Shown here piece by piece: positions 56,606 to 64,000 of a DNA stretch of 64,000 nt; within the stretch, counting starts at the first letter, position 1, and every line of letters begins with the position of its first letter. The position numbers were made by a program, and so were the translations under genes. The DNA comes from Siphonobacter sp. (GTDB lineage: Bacteria; Bacteroidota; Bacteroidia; Cytophagales; Spirosomataceae): assembly GCF_048595215.1 (NCBI RefSeq), contig NZ_JBMDWJ010000195.1, forward strand, positions 3,341 to 67,340, given 5' to 3'. Under the pieces are notes generated by a model. The model did not search any database. It had not been told where the DNA came from and saw only the letters and a list, made by a program, of their open reading frames with translations.

Positions 56606-58492
56606 ATGAAATTATCCCTACTGGACTTTTGTATCATCATCATCTATCTGGTGGCAGTCATTGTGCTGGGATTAGTCCTCAAAAAAAGGGCTTCCCGCAA
56701 CAAGGAGGCGTATATGCTGGGCGGTAAGACCCTGCCGTGGTATATGCTGGGTCTGTCGAACGCCTCGGATATGTTCGACATTTCCGGTACCATGTGGATG
56801 GTCTCACTGGCTTTTGTGTACGGACTAAAAAGCCTCTGGATTCCCTGGCTCTGGCCCGTATTCAATCAGGTTTTTATGATGATGTACCTGTCGGTCTGGC
56901 TACGCCGTTCAAACGTGACGACCGGAGCCGAATGGATCGGAACGCGATTTGGAAAGGGGCCTGGGGTAACGGCCTCGCATACGATCGTCGTCGTGTTTGC
57001 CCTGTTGAGTTGCCTGGGGTTTTTGGCGTATGGTTTTGTGGGTTTGGGCAAATTCATGGAAATTTTTATTCCGTTTGAAAGCATTGCTCCGTACCTGCCG
57101 TTCCGCATCGCTCCGGAGTACGTGGGACCTTTCTACGGCATCATCTTCACCGCCTTTGCCGTATTTTACGCCATTTTGGGTGGCATGACGAGCATTGTGA
57201 TTGGCGATGTGCTCAAGTACGGCATCATGACGATTTCGGCTTTCGTAATTGCCGTCATTGCCATGCAACAGCTTTCCGGTAGAACGCTGGAAGTGCCGCA
57301 GGGCTGGTATACGCCCTTTTTCGGTTGGAAACTTGATGATCTGAACTGGTCGGGGATTCTGGAAGAAGTGAATACCAAAATCAAGTCGGATGGTTTTTCC
57401 CTGTTCGGAATCTTCTTCATGATGATGACCTTCAAGGGTATTCTGGCGAGTCTGGCCGGACCGGCTCCGAATTACGATATGCAGAAAATTTTATCCACCA
57501 AATCACCCCAGGAAGCCGCCAAGATGAGTGGGATTGTCTCCATCGTGCTACTGCCCGTACGGTACGCGATGGTCATGGGTTTGACGGTACTGGCTCTGCT
57601 GCATTTCGATCAGCTGGGCTTGCATACGCCGCGGGGTATTGATTTCGAGAAAATCCTGCCTGCGTCCATTTTGCAGTTCGTACCCGCCGGACTGATGGGG
57701 CTGCTGCTGGCTGGATTACTGGCGGCGTTTATGGGCACCTTTGCCGGTACGCTCAATGCCGCTCAGGCCTACGTAGTGAATGACATTTACCTGAAATACA
57801 TCGACCCCGGAGCCAGCAATAGCCGTATTTCCCGGATGAATTACTTCTCTGGACTGGTAGTAGCCAGCGTCGGTATTCTGCTAGGACTGTTCGCCAAAGA
57901 CGTCAATAGTATTCTGCAATGGATCGTCTCGGCTTTGTACGGCGGTTACGTTGCGGCCAATGTATTGAAGTGGCACTGGTGGCGATTTAATGCCAATGGC
58001 TTTTTCTGGGGCATGCTGGCGGGAATCGTTCCGGCTCTGATTTTCCCTTATGTGTTCCGCGAAACACTGAGTCTGTACTATTTCCCGCTGCTGTTTCTGC
58101 TTTCGCTGGCGGGGTGTATCATTGGCTCGCTGGTAACGCCGCCGACGGATCGGCAGACGCTGATCACCTTTTACCGGACCGTACGTCCTTGGGGTTTCTG
58201 GAAGCCCATTCAGCGACAGGTACAGGTCGAAGACCCCGATTTTCGGCCCAATGAAGCGTTTGGTCGAGACGCCTTTAATGTCATCATTGGGATTATCGCT
58301 CAGTGTGCACTGACGCTGGTACCCATGTATCTGATTTTGAAAATGAACGTTGAGCTGACGATAACCCTGGGTGTATTGGGCCTTTGTGTAGTGATTTTGA
58401 AGAAAACCTGGTGGGATCGCTTACCGACGGAAGAACCTGCCTCAAAGGTTTCCGCTCACCGTTTAACTAAAACCTTAAATGACCTTTCATGA
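56606..58492 (+). CDS. sodium:solute symporter (SSS) family transporter
   Basis: 628 aa with about 13-14 TM segments and an SSS-like N-terminal pattern. Sits between GH26 and GH130. Confidence 0.8.
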   Translation: MKLSLLDFCIIIIYLVAVIVLGLVLKKRASRNKEAYMLGGKTLPWYMLGLSNASDMFDISGTMWMVSLAFVYGLKSLWIPWLWPVFNQVFMMMYLSVWLRRSNVTTGAEWIGTRFGKGPGVTASHTIVVVFALLSCLGFLAYGFVGLGKFMEIFIPFESIAPYLPFRIAPEYVGPFYGIIFTAFAVFYAILGGMTSIVIGDVLKYGIMTISAFVIAVIAMQQLSGRTLEVPQGWYTPFFGWKLDDLNWSGILEEVNTKIKSDGFSLFGIFFMMMTFKGILASLAGPAPNYDMQKILSTKSPQEAAKMSGIVSIVLLPVRYAMVMGLTVLALLHFDQLGLHTPRGIDFEKILPASILQFVPAGLMGLLLAGLLAAFMGTFAGTLNAAQAYVVNDIYLKYIDPGASNSRISRMNYFSGLVVASVGILLGLFAKDVNSILQWIVSALYGGYVAANVLKWHWWRFNANGFFWGMLAGIVPALIFPYVFRETLSLYYFPLLFLLSLAGCIIGSLVTPPTDRQTLITFYRTVRPWGFWKPIQRQVQVEDPDFRPNEAFGRDAFNVIIGIIAQCALTLVPMYLILKMNVELTITLGVLGLCVVILKKTWWDRLPTEEPASKVSAHRLTKTLNDLS

Positions 58493-59648
58493 ACGGCTTG
58501 CTCAGTTGGAGGAAGCCCACGATAGACTGATCAGACGTCCCAACGTGAAGGCAGATCTGGGTAATGGTCTGTTCGATCGCTATCAGTATCCCATCGTAAC
58601 GGCTGCCCATACGCCGCTTTTCTGGCGGTATGATCTGAATCCCGAAACCAATCCGTTTCTGATGGAGCGTTTCGGTATCAATGCTACCTTCAATGCCGGG
58701 GCCATCAAAATAGAAGACAAGTATCTGCTGATTCTGCGAGTGGAAGGACTGGATCGAAAATCATTCTTTGCCGTAGCTGAAAGTCCCAACGGAATTGATC
58801 AGTTTCAGTTTTGGGAGTATCCCATTACCATGCCCGAAACCGATGAACCGGACGTCAATGTCTACGACATGCGGGTCGTACCACACGAAGATGGCTGGAT
58901 TTATGGCCTGTTCTGTACCGAACGTAAAGACCCGAACGCCCAACCCGGCGATGAATCGGCGGCAATTGCCCAGTGCGGTATCGCCCGGACCCGTGACTTA
59001 AAAACCTGGGAGCGATTACCCGATCTGCAAACCCCCTCGCCGCAGCAACGCAATGTAGTATTACATCCCGAATGGGTGAAAGGCAAGTACGCGTTTTATA
59101 CCCGGCCGCAGGATGGATTTATTCAGGCGGGTACGGGCGGAGGCATTGCCCTGGCCCTGGCGGATTCAATGGAAAAAGCCATCATTACGCAGGAGACGGT
59201 CATCGATCCGAAAGACTATCATACGGTATACGAAGTTAAAAATGGTCAGGGACCGGCTCCGCTAAAAACGTCGCTGGGCTGGCTTCATTTGGCTCATGGC
59301 GTGCGAAATACGGCGGCGGGCTTGCGATACGTGCTGTATACATTCATGACGGACCTACACGATCTGACGAAGGTGATTTATAAACCGGCGGGTTACATGC
59401 TGGCTCCCGAAGGGGACGAACGGATCGGCGACGTATCGAACGTGGTCTTTTCTAACGGCTGGATTCTGGACGACGACGGTACGGTATTTATCTACTACGG
59501 CTCGTCCGACACGCGTATGCACGTGGCGACTACTACGCTGGATCGACTGCTTGATTATGTAGTGAATACTCCGGCGGATGGCATGCGGTCGGCGGCTTCG
59601 GTACAGCGATTGACGGCTTTGATTGATCGGAATAAAGCTCTGTTCTAA
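58479..59648 (+). CDS. GH130 beta-mannoside phosphorylase (mannosylglucose / mannooligosaccharide phosphorylase type)
   Basis: 389 aa. Reads FNAGAIKIEDKYLLILRVEG, then NVVLHPE and YYGSSDTRMHVATT. Overlaps the transporter gene by 14 nt. Confidence 0.85.
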   Translation: MTFHERLAQLEEAHDRLIRRPNVKADLGNGLFDRYQYPIVTAAHTPLFWRYDLNPETNPFLMERFGINATFNAGAIKIEDKYLLILRVEGLDRKSFFAVAESPNGIDQFQFWEYPITMPETDEPDVNVYDMRVVPHEDGWIYGLFCTERKDPNAQPGDESAAIAQCGIARTRDLKTWERLPDLQTPSPQQRNVVLHPEWVKGKYAFYTRPQDGFIQAGTGGGIALALADSMEKAIITQETVIDPKDYHTVYEVKNGQGPAPLKTSLGWLHLAHGVRNTAAGLRYVLYTFMTDLHDLTKVIYKPAGYMLAPEGDERIGDVSNVVFSNGWILDDDGTVFIYYGSSDTRMHVATTTLDRLLDYVVNTPADGMRSAASVQRLTALIDRNKALF

Positions 59649-59751
59649 TAAATTCAAAAATAATGGGTACAAAAAAGTAGTCTGAGTTTTCAGATTGCTT
59701 TTTTTGTGGACTTTATCTTAACCTAATCAATCCATTAATCTATTTTCACGA

Positions 59752-60833
59752 ATGAGTAAAAGTATATTTAAAAAATTATTATTTAGTTATCTGGTCTTAG
59801 TATGCGGGTTCACTGTCCAAGCCCAACGCATCTTGCAATTGCCGGAAGAACCACTGGCTATTGAATCTCCTGGATTTATAATTGATACAGTTATTGATGC
59901 TCGTCAAATAAAACCACACATTGGCGTAGTTCAGGATGGTAAAACAAAGAATGTTTTGGAGTGTAATTTCCCGGACCAGTTACCCACGTACCTGAAGGGG
60001 TATTTACAGAGAAATTTTTCTACTCAAGGTGAGCCGCTTACGTTAATTATTGATGAATTATGGGTTAGCGATGAGAAAAAAGGGTTATGAGGATTATTTG
60101 ATGTTACTCTAGCCATGACGCTGGCCCGAAAAGATTCATTGGGTAATGTAAAGCGTCTTCGAGCTTACCGCTACGGTTTTTCAGGAGGGACTCGAAATAA
60201 AGAAGATTTCTATATGAAAACCCTGCAAAAGTTATTTAAAATGTATCTCAAGCATTTTGCTGGGACGGACTGGAAGAATCAAAAACATGAGTCAGTATTT
60301 CAGGAGTGGGCAGGAGAACCGAGAGTAGCAGAACTGTTCGAAAAAAAAGAATTTATACCGGGTGGATATACTACCATTACCGAATTGCTAAAAAATCAGC
60401 CTACTATTGCTTTTGCTGATTTGAAGAAACGCTCCTTATTTGAAAATCGAATAGCTGTTAAAGTTTCGAAAGATGTCAAAAAAGGAAGAAACTTTTAGCT
60501 TATTCTGATGGTAAACAATTATACCTTAATGCTGAAACATATCTTAAAGGAGCTGACTATTTTGCTTTGGTACGAGAAACGGGAAGGTTTTTTCTAATCG
60601 ATGATCCATTAGATCCCGTGCAATACGGAGTTAATCATCTAGGGTTTATTGTAGACTTTCTAATGGGTGTAAGTTATGCCTGCAATGACCGGGATATCAT
60701 AAAAATTCTCTACGAATTTCCAGAAGCGAAAGAAAAGTACTTAAGTAAAGAAAATAGGAAAACGGTAAGTGTCTGGCGTTCCTGCATTGTCTACTTAAAT
60801 CGTAGCGTATTAGAAGAGTTAAATAAAGAGTAA
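59752..60833 (+). pseudogene. disrupted gene for a secreted protein of about 360 aa (in-frame TGA plus a frameshift at an A6 run)
   Basis: ORFs 59752-60090 and 60115-60498 are in the same frame. They are separated only by TGA 60088-60090, and the sequence stays open through GLFDVTLAM. The third ORF's frame is open from 60462 and reads ..KKLLAYSDGKQLYLNAETYLKGADYFALVRETGRFF.., joining ORF2 by a -1 shift at CAAAAAAGG (60477-60485). Confidence 0.7.
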
Positions 60834-60884
60834 GCATATAAAAAGGTCCTTACCGGTTTCGGCATGGACCTTTTTATATGCTTA
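60831..60884. terminator. 19-bp perfect palindrome; bidirectional terminator between convergent genes
   Basis: TAAGCATATAAAAAGGTCC (60831-60849) pairs with GGACCTTTTTATATGCTTA (60866-60884). The loop is 16 nt. Confidence 0.85.
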
Positions 60885-60896
60885 CTCGAAAATGAA

Positions 60897-61826
60897 TTAC
60901 CGTAAACCCACCAACTCCTTATTTTTCAAAAACTTCTGAATAGTAGCCTTGATTTCGGCTTTATTCGCGACTGTCGCTTTCGGAGCTTTTAGGTACGCCG
61001 CCGAAAGTTCATCCAGCGACTGATTAAGACTTTTGCCGTCAATTTTCTTTTCCAGTTGAATGCCTTTTTTCTGGGCAATCAGATCACCCCATACATTGCG
61101 GACATCCACCCAGAACGTCCGGTGTTTCGTCCACCATTCTTTCGCTGAGTTACAGGCCGCTTCCTTGACGCGGTGGTAATCATTGATGCCTTTTTCGTAG
61201 GCAATGATTTTCTCGCCGTCGGGCGTACGCAGGACTTTGGCATTGTCCTGATCGTGCAAGTAGCCGTAATCCGTGATGAGAATGCGATTGCCGCGACGCA
61301 TCACATTGTAGTCGTTGCGGGTCGTGTATTCGCGGCGGGGCAGGGGAGCGTCGGTGGTATTATCCCAAATATGGCGGCCGTCGGCGTGGAACCAGGTGGC
61401 AGAACCTTCGTAACGGGGACTGTCGTCTACTTCAAAAACCTGTTGGGTCCACTGGCCTTTGGCTTGATTAGCGTTTAGGGCTTTGTATTTCCACTCCGCG
61501 TCCTGTTCGTACGCCAGCAGATCGGTATTCTGGAATTTCCAGTCTTCCCGCCAGTGTTTGATAATGGTACTGTCGTTGATGACCAGCAGGTGCATCAGTA
61601 CCAGTTTATTGGGCGTTTCTTCGTCCACGAATACGTATTCCAAGGCACCCATTTCCTTGCGTTCCTTGAATTTGTATTCGCGATTGGGAGAGAACGTTTC
61701 GGCGTATTTAAAAGTGATGGCGTGACAACCACATTGACCTTTGATGGCCTGAATGTCAGCAGATTTCTGGGCGAAGGCAGTACTAAGCAGACTACCCAAG
61801 GTTAGGGTGAAGATAAAGCGTTTCAT
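60897..61826 (-). CDS. secreted protein of unknown function (CGC motif near the N-terminus)
   Basis: 309 aa. Signal peptide MKRFIFTLTLGSLLSTAFAQ, then GQCGCHAITFKY. It is Trp/Asp/Tyr-rich. Its start overlaps the stop of the upstream gene (ATGA). Confidence 0.6.
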   Translation of the reverse strand: MKRFIFTLTLGSLLSTAFAQKSADIQAIKGQCGCHAITFKYAETFSPNREYKFKERKEMGALEYVFVDEETPNKLVLMHLLVINDSTIIKHWREDWKFQNTDLLAYEQDAEWKYKALNANQAKGQWTQQVFEVDDSPRYEGSATWFHADGRHIWDNTTDAPLPRREYTTRNDYNVMRRGNRILITDYGYLHDQDNAKVLRTPDGEKIIAYEKGINDYHRVKEAACNSAKEWWTKHRTFWVDVRNVWGDLIAQKKGIQLEKKIDGKSLNQSLDELSAAYLKAPKATVANKAEIKATIQKFLKNKELVGLR

Positions 61827-62260
61827 TCGAATACGGGTTTCGATTTTTGCTGGTTCGTAAATTGATAATCAGGGGTTTTAAGCCACTTCCAGGATTCAAT
61901 CGTCAGCAGTATACTCATCAGCAGGACGAAGGTTAACAATAAAAGTTGCGAAGGGTCTCCTTCCTTCAGTTCACCTACGACGTGACTCAGGTGAGCCAGC
62001 GTAAAGGGAATGCTGAGGAAGAAGTTTACCCTCCGCCACTCGATAGATTGAAGATAGAGCAGAGCAACCGCCCAGATGAGCGGAAATAATTCAAAGATGA
62101 ATCGGATGATGACCAGCGACGTGGGTTTCTGTCCATTGGCTCCTTCACGAACAATGTTGATGCCGTAGAATAAATCGCCTACGTGAAAATTGAAGTGTAG
62201 GATCATGCACACGGTGGTTAACACCCAGAAGAGCAGAATACGGAAGCGGGAAATACTCAT
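61823..62260 (-). CDS. small integral membrane protein (4 predicted TM helices)
   Basis: 145 aa with four hydrophobic segments. His-containing motifs are HFNFHVGD and LAHLSHVVGE. Confidence 0.6.
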   Translation of the reverse strand: MSISRFRILLFWVLTTVCMILHFNFHVGDLFYGINIVREGANGQKPTSLVIIRFIFELFPLIWAVALLYLQSIEWRRVNFFLSIPFTLAHLSHVVGELKEGDPSQLLLLTFVLLMSILLTIESWKWLKTPDYQFTNQQKSKPVFE

Positions 62261-62269
62261 GGAAATCCG

Positions 62270-62605
62270 TTAGTTAAGTGAACTGGTATACAGAATTTTA
62301 TGAGCTTCCACAATCAGATTGACTTCCTGCATCATGTTAATTAGTTCTTCTAGCTCCGATTCAGCGAGCAGAATATTCAGATTCAATACCGGCGACCGCA
62401 TGATAATTTCCTTGCCGTGTGAGGTAGAGAAGTAACTCATGTTACACCGTTCCTGAAGCATTTCCAGAAAATACTGAAAGTCTTCGGCGTTGAAAATCAG
62501 TAAGATATTGTTGAAAGCCAGGTTGTACGTCTGACAGCCTTCGCAGTAGCCGATGTAGCCATTTTCCTGTTGCGTGAGCGTACGGAAACAATGAGATTGG
62601 TGCAT
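62270..62605 (-). CDS. small cytoplasmic protein with an N-terminal HC...CxxC knuckle
   Basis: 111 aa. Reads MHQSHCFRTLTQQENGYIGYCEGCQTYNLAF. Lies 9 bp upstream of the membrane protein gene. Confidence 0.55.
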   Translation of the reverse strand: MHQSHCFRTLTQQENGYIGYCEGCQTYNLAFNNILLIFNAEDFQYFLEMLQERCNMSYFSTSHGKEIIMRSPVLNLNILLAESELEELINMMQEVNLIVEAHKILYTSSLN

Positions 62606-62640
62606 GAGTACCGGAGTTAAATCGGAGAAAAGGATCGAAT

Positions 62641-62880
62641 TTAATCAGCCAATGAAGGCGTTTTTATATGCCGCAGTTTACAGGTGACGCCCGTACGCTT
62701 CAAGGCTTCTACAATTCGCTCGGGAGCAATCCACTCACTGAAAACCTCCAGTGACTGCGTTAGGAAATCAACGCTGAATCGGGTGATACCCAGTTGACCC
62801 AGACTTTCTTTGACGGCTTGAATACCCAAAGGAGAATTCAAATTCGTTTGAAAACAGATTCTTTTCATAGGCTGAATCAA
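62641..62880 (-). CDS. HMA-like (ferredoxin-fold) small protein lacking the CxxC metal site
   Basis: 79 aa. KRICFQTNLNSPLGIQAVKESLGQLGITRFSVDFLTQSLEVFSEWIAPERIVEALKRTGVTCKL follows the beta-alpha-beta-beta-alpha-beta spacing of CopZ-type domains. NSPLG stands where M/CxxC would be. The start could instead be the second Met (62868). Confidence 0.5.
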   Translation of the reverse strand: MIQPMKRICFQTNLNSPLGIQAVKESLGQLGITRFSVDFLTQSLEVFSEWIAPERIVEALKRTGVTCKLRHIKTPSLAD

Positions 62881-63104
62881 TGAAGTGATTGATGAGGTAA
62901 TTGAGTTAATATTTATTTAGACTAATTATAATTAATGCAAAGGTGCATGATGAAATCATGCCATACAAGTGATCGGAAAAAATTGTTGAAAAGTTTTTGG
63001 ATTGGACTTGCTCCGATGTAAAATCGTCAGGGAATGATCGGGGCGGAGATGGTTTCGCGTTAGTGACGCGAGATTAAACGAAGGGCTTTCACTTATGAAC
63101 AACA

Positions 63105-63145
63105 TTCGCCCCGATCTGACCACAAGGGTTACAAATCGGGGCGAA
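63105..63145. repeat. 11-bp perfect inverted repeat TTCGCCCCGAT / ATCGGGGCGAA
   Basis: The arms are at 63105-63115 and 63135-63145, with a 19-nt loop. A third partial copy, ATCGGGGCG, is at 63037-63045. GATCGGGGCGAA also occurs at 45606-45617. Confidence 0.7.
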
Positions 63146-63182
63146 GCTAACAATCAAAAATGTAAAGAAAGGTTGCTGTATC

Positions 63183-63464
63183 CTATGAAAGCGACGATAA
63201 GGCAATGAACAGATCCACTTTGCCAAAACGCTCAATGGCTTGTTGAGCATACGCTGAGGGACCTGATTCACTGGAACCTATGGTATAACCCAGATCATCC
63301 CCACTGCCAACGCCCAGTCGATGCATGGCCTCTTGCAGAGCTTCTTTGTCTTCGTCTACCAAGAGTACTTTAGCTCCTTCATTGCGGAGAATTTCGGCCA
63401 GCGTAGTGGCTGCACTTTGCGTGCCATTCGTAATGACGGCTACCTGATTTTCTAAACGTTTCAT
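63183..63464 (-). pseudogene. N-terminal fragment of a short-chain dehydrogenase/reductase
   Basis: 93 aa. Reads MKRLENQVAVITNGTQSAATT...GAKVLLVD....AL.....LG......D.S......A..A.ERFGKVDLFI. This follows the SDR N-terminal layout, but the TGxxxGxG motif is degenerate and the ORF stops where NNAG and the catalytic half should follow. Confidence 0.6.
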
Positions 63465-63520
63465 ACGTAGATGGATTGGTTGTTGGTTTATTTAAAAAGC
63501 GGAATAGGATCAATAGTAAT

Positions 63521-63859
63521 CTAGTTAGACTTATCAATTTCAGTGTTAATCACCTTTTTCATTTCCCGTAAGCCTACTTCAGGTACAGCCAGCCATTTTA
63601 AACTAGCAACCATCCCTTCAATATTAGTATGGTTCGTATGACGAGCTTTCCAAGCCTTCCAGGTTTTTATAAACTCGGCATCCCCCTCTTCAAAGTGACC
63701 CCGTTGAACGATTTTTTTTAATGTATCATAGCTATCATTACCCTGGATGTTACCGCCTTTTTTCCAGACGTTTGGGTGATGTTGGCGAATGTCCTCCGCA
63801 TAGTGTAACAGATTTTTTAGTGACTCCGTCACTTTGGGCAAGAGTGCGGCCATGTTCAT
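63521..63859 (-). CDS. hypothetical small protein
   Basis: 112-aa charged, helical-looking ORF. I recognise no motif with confidence. Confidence 0.45.
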   Translation of the reverse strand: MNMAALLPKVTESLKNLLHYAEDIRQHHPNVWKKGGNIQGNDSYDTLKKIVQRGHFEEGDAEFIKTWKAWKARHTNHTNIEGMVASLKWLAVPEVGLREMKKVINTEIDKSN

Positions 63860-64000
63860 AAGGGTTGGTTGCGGAATCCCTTAAAAAAGCTGTACCTCGT
63901 GGATTAACTCTTTTTAACAGCTGAATATAAGGCTGTTTTAAACGTAGCTTACGTAATTAGATCAGAGAAGAAACGCCAGAAGCCATGAAAAAACTACTGA

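Noticed and set aside
60088-60090. In-frame TGA as a selenocysteine or programmed read-through codon.
   Set aside because: I saw no SECIS-like hairpin immediately downstream, and there is no Cys/Sec-type redox context. The same gene also carries a frameshift, so decay is the simpler explanation.
60477-60485. CAAAAAAGG as a programmed -1 ribosomal frameshift site.
   Set aside because: The A AAA AAG heptamer is out of phase with the upstream frame (the zero-frame codons are AAA AAA GGA). I saw no obvious downstream stimulatory structure. A homopolymer indel or sequencing error is more likely.
62956-63271. ORFs 62956-63153(-) and 63089-63271(-) as genes.
   Set aside because: They overlap each other and the inverted-repeat motif region, have no start context or motifs, and lie in what looks like degraded sequence after the SDR fragment.
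63985-64000. ATGAAAAAACTACTGA at the window edge as the start of a signal-peptide protein (MKKLL..).
   Set aside because: Only five codons are visible, which is too little to support a call.

Overview
This 64-kb chromosomal window looks like Bacteroidota, probably Cytophagales-type. The evidence is a SusC/SusD pair, a UppS-BamA-Skp-Skp block, a Bacteroidetes-style arginine operon with an N-acyl-ornithine carbamoyltransferase, and A-rich start contexts without Shine-Dalgarno sequences.

Gene content, left to right:
- proBA, with proA cut by the window edge and absent from the ORF track.
- A same-strand cluster: two Tat-signal enzymes (a PLP aminotransferase and a flavin amine oxidase), a secreted protein ending in a Hedgehog/intein-type Hint domain, and a GGSD-repeat protein.
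- aat.
- The arginine operon, GNAT-argG-argC-argD-argF'-argB-[ADP-ribosylglycohydrolase]-argE.
- An MFS transporter, DAHP synthase/chorismate mutase, proline dehydrogenase and lspA.
- skp-skp-bamA-uppS, two beta-barrel paralogs and nadK.
- An HExxH membrane protein, a thioredoxin-like protein, a GNAT, a ChaN-like protein and a hypothetical protein.
- A NarL-type response regulator with a propeller/Y_Y_Y histidine kinase.
- An S9 peptidase and a phosphodiester glycosidase.
- A 640-bp non-coding gap.
- A secreted PTP-type phosphatase, a TonB-dependent receptor and a membrane AraC regulator.
- A GMC oxidoreductase with its Tat subunit.
- A mannan-type PUL: AraC, SusC, SusD, GH26, an SSS transporter and GH130.
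- A visibly more AT-rich accessory stretch (about 59.7-64 kb) with a decayed gene, an SDR fragment and an intact four-gene operon of unknowns.

Most of the window is ordinary core metabolism and envelope biogenesis. Points worth a second look:
1. An unannotated Arg-codon-rich leader ORF with a terminator in front of the arg operon.
2. A family of long GT-arm/AC-arm hairpins in intercistronic spacers.
3. The Tat-aminotransferase / Tat-amine-oxidase / Hint-domain cluster.
4. The structured-looking 640-bp gap at 41.2-41.8 kb.
5. The four-gene operon at 60.9-62.9 kb.

I recognised no rRNA, tRNA, CRISPR array, transposase, integrase or canonical defence gene. All functional calls come from reading motifs in the supplied translations and from my own translation of unlisted frames. 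No database search or folding program was available.
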